Part shown: one piece after another, positions 54,435-64,000 of the stretch
Position numbering within the stretch: the first letter of the stretch is position 1
Layout of the letters: each line of letters begins with the position of its first letter
DNA from: Octopus vulgaris
Taxonomy: Eukaryota
DNA length: 64,000 bases
Direction: 5' to 3'
Assembly: GCA_951406725.2 (NCBI GenBank)
Contig: OX597815.1
Coordinates: 177,630,001-177,694,000, forward strand
Position numbers and translations under genes: made by a program
The notes under the pieces: generated by a model
Told to the model about the DNA's origin: nothing
Database searches by the model: none
What the model saw: only the letters and a program-made list of their open reading frames with translations

Positions 54435-54841
54435 AAACAAGAGCATTAAGGAAACGCAAACCTCCGCCAAGGCAACACCATCATCCTACCAACGATTAGC
54501 CAGGGATGATTCTTAAAATGAAAATATCTGAAATAAACGCAACTGCTCTAACAAATGAGAATACTAACAATGAAACCGACTGCTCTAAAAATTAAATAAA
54601 AACAGGAAAAATAAACCAGCTTCCTTGTCCGCTACTAGATTGACACCAAAATCTACGCAGCTCGTGCCAGTCAGGAGGCCAAACAACCCTGAAATTTTCA
54701 GTGGAATCCTACCTGTGGTTCTTGCGATATCTTCTTCTCTATGGATATCATTTTCCTGTGGTTCTTGAAATATCCTCTCTCTACTCAAACAAACAAATAC
54801 GACTGGAAACAATACCTCCGCATTCGCCAAGGCAGAGCTAA
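54435..54841. mobile_element. Helentron-type non-autonomous element (HINE/DINE-like)
   Basis: aacaagagc start, acctccgccaaggc at 54460, caaacaaac tract, terminal acctccgc..ggcagagcta imperfect palindrome. Confidence 0.55.
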
Positions 54842-55201
54842 TAAGAGAAATTCATAGGAGGTCGGAATAGAGTGGATTTACTATCATTCAGCAAATTAAA
54901 AATATTGTACATAGTTTAATCGAAACAACAATTCTTTAAGGCATTGCGTGATCCCCAAAACTGCGAAGGCATTTTACATAAGTATAATGAAAACTGGTTA
55001 CAACTAATTGTCATTTCTACATTTTCTAAATGAAAATAACAATTCCAATGCTATGGAAATCAGTATATGATACGATGTAGGCGAATAAAACTTTCAAGAT
55101 TAAATGATAATTTCGTTAAAGTGAAGTATTTTGTTTCGCGTCAGATTTTTCTTTCGCAATCCTTCTAGGAAAATAAGAACAGAAAGTAAAACTACTATAC
55201 A

Positions 55202-55205
<4 letters not shown>

Positions 55206-55276
<71 letters not shown>

Positions 55277-55277
55277 C

Positions 55278-55321
<44 letters not shown>

Positions 55322-55352
55322 CAGCAGCAGCAGTAGTAGTAGTAGTAGTAGT

Positions 55353-55434
<82 letters not shown>

Positions 55435-55435
55435 A

Positions 55436-55504
<69 letters not shown>
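55206..55504. repeat. Compound (TAG)n/(CAG)n microsatellite
   Basis: About 100 triplets of gta with gca blocks. Confidence 0.95.
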
Positions 55505-55505
<1 letters not shown>

Positions 55506-55915
55506 TGGCGGTGTTCGGTTAAAAAGTAAACAATAAGGAAGGGGCAAGTGGCACTAACGACTTAAGTGATTTAAGTGAGGAAGATTAGACTTTAGATGAG
55601 TTACAAGAAGTATTGCAAGCATTAAAAGGCACCAACAGAAGGAAATCGCTAGAAATGACTAGGAAAGTAGATTCTGTTATCAGTAAGATATATACTAAAA
55701 ATATAGGAGACATTAACTTATTCATCTATGCAGGAGGGGTAGTAAGTCACCAAAAAATTAAATATCCCAGAGGGAAACTTAAAAAAATAACAGTAAACGT
55801 GGAAAAGGAGACTACAAAATAAGACAAGATCTGAATAGAATAGAAACCTGGAAATTGAACAAGTTGGGAAACACAAGATGCAAATCTTACCTCCAGAAAA
55901 GATATTTAGACAAAG
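55505..55915 (+). pseudogene. N-terminal fragment of an R4/Dong-like ORF abutting (TAG)n
   Basis: VDSVISKIYTKNIGDINLFIYAGGVV resembles the ELNEIIYASA segment of the 27-kb element. Confidence 0.5.
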
Positions 55916-56865
55916 AGAAAGGGTCAATGTTCTAGATTTTACATTTCTTCCACCACCAATATTGCTGGCCTTGTGTCAAAATTATTTATATATATTTTCG
56001 AAATTCGTATCGTGCGAAATTGCATTATAGTTTTCTTTGGGATTTTTTCGCAAAATGTTATTTTGTTTACGATATCTTCAATAATTATTACTGCGTTTTT
56101 ATATTCTTCGTCTCTGAAACCCGTTCTTTGAAATTGTGAAGATTACTGTTATATCTTCCTGCATGACAGATAATATTATTTTCTGTGGTTCCATCTCGTC
56201 TTAATGCATTTAATTCCGATTTCAAATTGTTTATTTTTACTTGAAACAAAAAAAATTTCAATATACGAGAGAGCAAATATTATTACTTTAGAGGTAACTT
56301 AAAGTAGGGCGGAAGACGCACACGTTGTTCTTAGTGTTCTAGAGCAACCGCTACAACCTCAATTAAGATTTGAAATGTTAACAAGTGGTAATAATTTATC
56401 AAGTATCAATAAGATGTAACGTTTTAACAAGTATATCAGTTCTTCGAATCCTTCTAATACTTTATTTCCTTCTTTGAAAATGCACACACTCACTCCTTTA
56501 CCAATTTTCTGTGAAAAATAAAAAACACGAAATACTTTGAAACTGTGTTGAAGTATATTTCGAGAAATTAATTAAAATTATTTGAATTGAAACCGGAGTC
56601 AAGTGTTGCTGCTGCATTGATGAGTTTCAGCTCCCGATGAAGATAGCAATTAATACGACTTTGAACTTCATCAGCAATTAATATTTTGCTATTTTTTTTA
56701 CATATGCCGATGTGTGGTATATTTTGTATAGCTAAATTAAGACTACTTATCCGTAGATCCAATATACACAATTGCATCTCCCACTTGTCTTTTCATACGT
56801 ACATATATATACATACAAGCACACATGCACACATATACACACACACATACGGACATTATATATAC

Positions 56866-56914
<49 letters not shown>

Positions 56915-56927
56915 ATATATATATATA

Positions 56928-57179
56928 TAAACTATAAATTAGGGTATCCGAGAGATACCACCATGCTGAAATAGCAGCCAAACCCTGGCCCTAAAACCTC
57001 CTTAAATGTTCATATCGTACCAGGACAGAAGACAGAAAGGCAAAATAAACAAGCAAAAAAGATCTTACTGGATAATTCAAGATCCTGAATTTCTGGCTTT
57101 GCTTCAGAGAAGCTCTACCTTCTTCAGTTGAACATACCATAATGCACATAATTACAGATATATATATATATATATATCA

Positions 57180-57218
<39 letters not shown>

Positions 57219-57584
57219 CATAGATTATACTTACACATACGAACGCCTATACATACATATATATGCACGTATGTACAAGACTAGCCTAAATTGCCCGCCG
57301 AAGAAGACAGAGCTTCTCTGAAGCAAAGCCAGAAATCCAGGATCTTGAATTATCCAGTAAAATCTTTTTTGCTAGTTTATTTTGTCTTCCTGTCTTCTCT
57401 CCTGGCACGATATGAACATTTAAGGTGGTTTTAGGGTCAGGGTTTTGTCTGCTATTTCAGCATGGTGTGGTATCTCTCCGATACCCTAATTTATAGTTTA
57501 ATTAATTATTACCTTTGTATGGTATTAATTTCCATGCTGGCCACTAGATAAGATCAATATTTAAATATCGATGTTGTCTTTATT

Positions 57585-57590
<6 letters not shown>
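56928..57590 (+). mobile_element. PLE-type fold-back: ~200-bp inverted repeat, microsatellite spacer, unpaired tail
   Basis: 56928-57127 is the approximate reverse complement of 57298-57500. Tail extends to 57590. (TA)n on both sides. Confidence 0.88.
57076..57132 (-). ncRNA. Type-I hammerhead ribozyme, canonical core
   Basis: ttcaa-CUGAAGA-a ggt...gcc a-GAA-AUUC A GGAU-C^ttgaa. The plus-strand copy at 57298 has CCGAAGA and lacks the stem I 5' arm. Confidence 0.8.
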
Positions 57591-57636
<46 letters not shown>

Positions 57637-57639
<3 letters not shown>

Positions 57640-58062
57640 AAAGATATGCAATCATACACATCTGGAAAATCGTGGAAGGACTCTTACCAAACTTTAGCAT
57701 TGAAAGTTATTCAAACAGTAGAACGGCGTGACATTGCATGATGCCAAAGATGCCGACATTAACATCATGATACAGCACCAGATGCTGCCACAGCTTTGGT
57801 TTCAAAGGCTCAAAGCAATTAAATATCTTCCGAAAAATCCGGAGAAAATTACATGGACTGTCTTCAGAAGAAAAGTAGATGTCCCGTTAAGAGGTCCAGA
57901 TGAACGTATCTCATGGCACGAAGCACTAATGTGGGCAGCAACATCAAAGTCCCTTAGTCACCAAATTCCACATATCTGGGGAGTTTTCAAGTAGCGACAA
58001 TCTAGCAAAGCTAACGCAGTGTCCCAGCATGGCCGCTGCTCTAGAACTGAAACTAGTAAAAA
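57637..58062 (+). mobile_element. CR1-type LINE 3' end
   Basis: RYAIIHIWKIVEGLLPNF..., PDE motif. Tail cccagcatggccgc..ctgaaactagtaaaa resembles the SINE tail at ~24360. Confidence 0.78.
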
Positions 58063-59485
58063 CCATTATATATGTATATGTAAATACATATATAATGTGC
58101 ATATAATATTACAAACATACTACTATATATACAGATATGTGGGAATGGGGTTCAGCGCGCATGATTGAGTGTGTGCATGTTTAGATAAGACGTATACTAT
58201 AGAGAAGCTTCTTAAATGTGGTTTGAGTTTTAGCTTTGAAGAATGTAAGGTACGTACTTCTTCAGTAATCCATGTAAAATAATGTCAGACACTATAATGT
58301 GCAATGTAAATTTCAATATAATGACTGTTTGAAGGTATCTAATTTATTCCTTTACGAGGAGGACGAAAGATCGTACAGAAAATAGGCAAAATATACACAA
58401 CAGACGCGGGAATATCAACATGAGGTCGTGTGAATATAGTTTTGGAGACACATTGTTAAATGTTCGCGAAGTAAGAAATAAAATATCTTCTACTTTTTAA
58501 GCTGGGACTTACAAATGAAGATTGTAACAAATAATGTTGATTTTTTTTATTGCATCTGTTATTTCAATAACGTACAATATATAGAAGACGTTGCTTGGAT
58601 TTTAAATTCTACTTAACATTAAGTATTCTAGTCGAAGAGTTTTAAGCCGTATGATACATATTCAGGTTATAAGGATGTCATTCCTTTCTGGTACAATTCC
58701 CAGGTCGGAATCCATGCATAACTACATTCAATAGTTTTCTCAAATCCACCGTTTTTAGTTGATTTTATTCACAGTTTTAATATTGCGACATTTTACAATA
58801 TACCAGAAGAATTCCAGTAAAGAATTATGTTTCAAATGTTAATATTGACCTTCAGGTGAAAGGGAATGTAAGCATTTGTTTCTATCAAGAAAACAGAACA
58901 TCAAATGGCAAATTTCTGCTGTATGAGGTAACCGATTAATTTTGAAGCTACATTGCGAGGAATGAGATATCGAGGGAAGACATAACTACAGGATATATCC
59001 AATTCATGATAAATATCAAACCAAAATTCAATTATGACAAGAATATCAATATATTGTCCGCTCAACCTCATAAAACGTATTTATCAACAACTGAATATTC
59101 AGAAAAAAAAAAGCAATATATTTTCAATTTCTGCTATGTGTGTAAAAAATATATTGTGCACCAAATAATATCCCAATTTTAGAGAGGAAAACATTACTGT
59201 CGTTATTTATTAGTCTTTTACTCAAGATAATTTGCATCGTAGTTCCACAATTTAACTTAATGTACACATACATAAATACACGCATACAGATACACGTGTA
59301 TGTTTTTGGTACATGTCATCATATGCGTGGATATGTATACTGTTGTATTTGTAAATTGTACATCTGAAATGGTAATAAGTATCTATCACAAGTATCAAAA
59401 GTGAACAGAATTATAAAGCTTCTCAGTTATTTGCCATTTTTGTCGATATGTATTTTTTGTTATTATACAGAGAGGTAGATATATG

Positions 59486-59977
<492 letters not shown>

Positions 59978-60395
59978 TGACAAATAGATAGATATAGATG
60001 TATCTATGTGTGTGTGTGTGTGTGTGTATAGTTAGGAAGGTATAGATATACGCACACAAAGATTCCCACGTTATGAAGAGATAATGAGAATACCGAAGAA
60101 TCGTGAGGCCGTATTTGTGTGCATTATGTCTGTATTTGGTAAGTTTTATTGTTTTAGGCGCACTTCACACATGACTGTTTAGACTTGATTATGTGAGGAT
60201 AATGAAAGAGGGATTCAATGTCTTTTCATGGAGAAAATGATTTCAGAAAAATGGAGTGAACAAAGTATACGGTGAATCCACGTGACCCTTACAGCGAAGT
60301 TTCACAGCTTTCTGACTTTCCAAGAGAGACTTTTAACAGCTGCAGTACAATGATATTGGACACGTGTCTTCCATAAGATAATTATCCTTCAAATA

Positions 60396-60490
<95 letters not shown>

Positions 60491-60500
60491 TTATATATGC

Positions 60501-60549
<49 letters not shown>

Positions 60550-60594
60550 CATACATACACACACATATATATATATTCTTTTATTTTCTTTTGT

Positions 60595-60955
60595 AGTTTT
60601 AACTGAGAGCAGTGGCCATGCTATGGCACCACCGTTTTGCTACACTGTTATTACTGACAGCCTCCTCTAACATGTGGCACTTGGTGATGAACGGACCTTG
60701 ATGTCGCTACCCTCATTCGCACCTCTTGCCGTGAGATAAGTACATCTGGGAATCTCGACAGGAAGAGGCCCAGTTTTGATTTGAATACACCTACATCCAC
60801 TTTGTGTAGGTTCCTCAGGCTCTTTGGGAAAATATTAAAAACGCTCTGAGCCCCTGAACCCCATGCTGTTGCTGTAACTGGTAATGAAGCGCGATGGCAT
60901 TGCTGAGATCTTTGGCACTATGCAATGTCGACCTGTTCTGACATTGGTGTAGCAC
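60595..60955 (-). mobile_element. CR1-type LINE 3' end
   Basis: Minus strand RTGRHCIVPK..SNSMGFRG..FNIFPKSLRNLH..VFKSKL..PDV. Same tail type as 57637. Confidence 0.78.
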
Positions 60956-61695
60956 CCTCTTGGTGAGTCTTGATTCATAGTGAGATTAACGAGGAATTTT
61001 ATTACATAAGTAATTATTTCTAATCAGTTTATACTTATAAAGCATCTAATTATTCATAATTATGGAGTGGTTGGGGAGCAAACTTCTTACCTGACAGTAA
61101 ACATTTTACAGCCGACAGATAAATTAAAGTTCGCTTTTTTTGAGACGAGAGTTGCTTGTGCAGCCCATGTTTTTATTACACGGATGCCAGTAGATATAGG
61201 GGAAATATAATAGTTATAATATATAACATTTATAAGTTAAGTGTTGAAACGTTTGTGCGTTTAAAGCATCGTAAAGATCCTCATGATCTGCACAGGATAG
61301 ATATTAAATAATACTTTTCTTTATACATGTGCAACTGTAAGAAAGCAGGTGTTATCAAATATATACGATGTGGCATACGACTGTAAGAGATTGAAATGAT
61401 AAAGAAAAACATGATGATGGATATCTAAGTATGTAAAAGGAATAGAAAAAAATATTTCGATTGGAACTGAATAAATTCTAAAATAAATGCGCGCGTGCGT
61501 GTGTTTGTAATGAGTTGGTATATTACAATTCGAAAAGCATACAGGCGATTTAATGATATCTAATCATATGTAATATGTTATAGAAATAAATAAATATATA
61601 AATTAGAGAAACGTATATAATTCCTAAACTCATATCTATGTAGACAACCATCTGAATTGCATTCTCGTAAGTATGTGTGTGTGTATGTGTTCCTG

Positions 61696-61730
<35 letters not shown>

Positions 61731-63335
61731 TGTGTGTGTTTGTATGTATGTATGTATACGCAACCAAGAACTTACATATATACATACAGTTATGCGTACA
61801 TACAGATGCGTACATACGTACATACAGATGCCCAGGCGCGTATATGTCTACGTGTGTATTACGATTTGTAAGTGTATGAAGGCATAAATTTCCAACCACA
61901 TACAAGAGTTAATGTAAATGCGCATGCGTACGTGCGTGCGTATTTGTGGCCAGTGAAAATTATACTCACATATTTATATACTTGTAAATGTTTTGTACAC
62001 GTTTGATTAATTTCATATCACGTGTATTTCCTGTAGGTTTCGTCTTCAAATCATACGGCAACATCATTTTTCAGCATAATATAAATCTCATCCACAAAAT
62101 TGTTGATAAACAAATATATATATATACACCATGACTAAAGAATGTAAATGGATGATTTGGTGCCGCATTTACAAATAGAAAAATAATATATGTGTGAAAT
62201 CGTATTACACCACAAATGTTTGCATGGCATAATAAGTGGAATAATTTCGGTTCATTCTACAGCTGACGTTTGTAATATTATTATTTTTTGAGTACCACTG
62301 TCTATAGAAAACTGAAAGTAGACACCCCTTGTAACTTTTGTACGCTCTAAGCTTTGACTTTTGTTACTATGGTTGCTACGAATTTTTGAACAAGTGAGCA
62401 TATTTTGTTCCGTAGTGTCTCTTTAATTTAGTTGTGCTTGTGAAACTGAAATTTGACCACACAGAACATTGCGTTCCGTGATATGGTCAACTGTTTCGCA
62501 TTGTGTTCCCCACATCTCTCCCTGTGACCTCACAATAAATCCAGTTAAGTAAACTCTCTCCTTTCCAAACTATGCATAAATTATTGGTGGGGGTTGGTGG
62601 AGGGAGAGTGACAGCGTTTGAATTTGTGTATTCAATGTGTAAATTATTACATATTCTTTCACATTTTCCAAAAGTTCGAATTTTAAACGTCAAGCATCAA
62701 TTAAATGAACGCTGTTATATTAATCATCGTTACAGATCGGCCACATTCAGGGAACTGCTTTCTCTGATCCGAAGGCCTGCCAGGTTGTGCAATCATTCCA
62801 GGATTTTCAACACAGAGATTGAAACCTGTACTGATGCTACAAAAGCATATAGTTAAGTCGAACCTTTCGATAGGGTTTGCACAAGTTTCACATTTGAAGT
62901 AAGACGGGGACAGACGAACGACAACCTGTGCTGATGACAGAATTAAATAAGTGACTGGCATGATTCTATGGAACTGTTAGTTGGCACTGATATGTCGTAT
63001 GCAATGTGCAGCTTAATGGTAATTCTGAATTCCAAGAAAATAACCACAAGGTTCATGAGTTAAATAGAAATTTATAAAATCTTTATTTAAATCGTGATTA
63101 GAAAAAGATGAGATATTCTTAGATAAAAATTGACAGTGTTGACCAACGCCAGTATCACACCACTATAAGCTAGTGACTAAACACTACAGTATAAGAATGA
63201 AGACATCTACTAACGTCCAATTTGAGGATATTAAATTGCAAAGCCATCAGCAGCGGTAATGAAACTGGCATATTTTTGAGTGGGGGCGAAACACCCACCT
63301 ACATACATATACAAGTTGATCTATATACATATATA

Positions 63336-64000
63336 CAGTGTCTTGCAGATAAATGGATACCAAATTTAAGCAGTCGACTTACTGGGTTTAACATTTCATT
63401 CTTTCACAAAACCTTGCTTGCTTGAAAATCTAATCCTACTCTTTATTTTCCAGGTAAATAGCGAACTGATTCGGCAACAGAAAACCATGGAATAACAGAA
63501 TCGTTCCGCAGTTATTGCTTTGGCCCGCACCTTGCAAAATGCCAATAACGTTATTAAGTTGACGAAATTTCCAAATGCAATCGTTTGTCGTGTGTACAGA
63601 CAATTTAAAGGAGAGGGAAATATTGACAGAAAAGAACACACGACCGGGAGTCATTCTAAGTGCAATCCAAAATCTTGTGCTGGCCTCATACGCTCGATTT
63701 AAGCCAACTCATCACGTGCATGACAAATCTTACAAACAAACGCAATGTGTCCCTTTCCACGGTGTCCAGGGTTGTGAACTGGAATCTTGGCATGAATCGC
63801 TATGTTCGATGACGCCGTTACCCACCTTACAACCTAGGCCAAAGCAATCAGAGCTGCGAAATGCTCAAAGCTTCTGTTATTCATCAAGCATCAAGGTGCA
63901 ATAAAAACTCTCGTGGTTGTGGACGAGACGAACTCCACTGTGGCTGTTGAGGTGAATCTCAGAAATGCTCGAGTGATTACATATAACCCTTCTGACGTTC
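63336..64000 (+). mobile_element. Tc1/mariner-superfamily (maT/DD37D-like) transposon, 5' part; runs off the window
   Basis: TA|CAGtg terminus. ME*QNRSAVIAL..VCRVY HTH-like segment. VVVDETNSTVAVEVNLRNARV resembles SDEKxFTV...NxQNxR. Confidence 0.7.

Noticed and set aside
62572-62961. Host coding exon(s)
   Set aside because: Short ORFs on both strands with no recognisable domain or paired splice sites.

Overview
AT-rich, microsatellite-saturated eukaryotic (animal) intergenic or intronic DNA. The SINE and repeat repertoire resembles octopus (inference from recalled repeat sequences). No host protein-coding gene is supportable; nearly all ORFs in the track are (TA)n/(CA)n/(TAA)n artefacts or transposon relics. 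The window holds: 5'-truncated Penelope-like elements (PLEs) with GIY-YIG endonucleases and inverted terminal copies; R4/Dong-type RLE LINEs in (TAA)n; an RLE family in (CATA)n; CR1 fragments; mariner and maT transposons; Helitron/Helentron derivatives; tRNA-derived SINEs; and possible solo LTRs. The main hidden signal is a set of about ten minimal type-I hammerhead ribozyme motifs from several unrelated repeat families. One PLE carries a non-canonical U3-A8 core in both of its copies. A possible tRNA-headed, hammerhead-tailed element appears split by a ~6 kb nest of insertions. Retroelement families appear to partition by microsatellite type.
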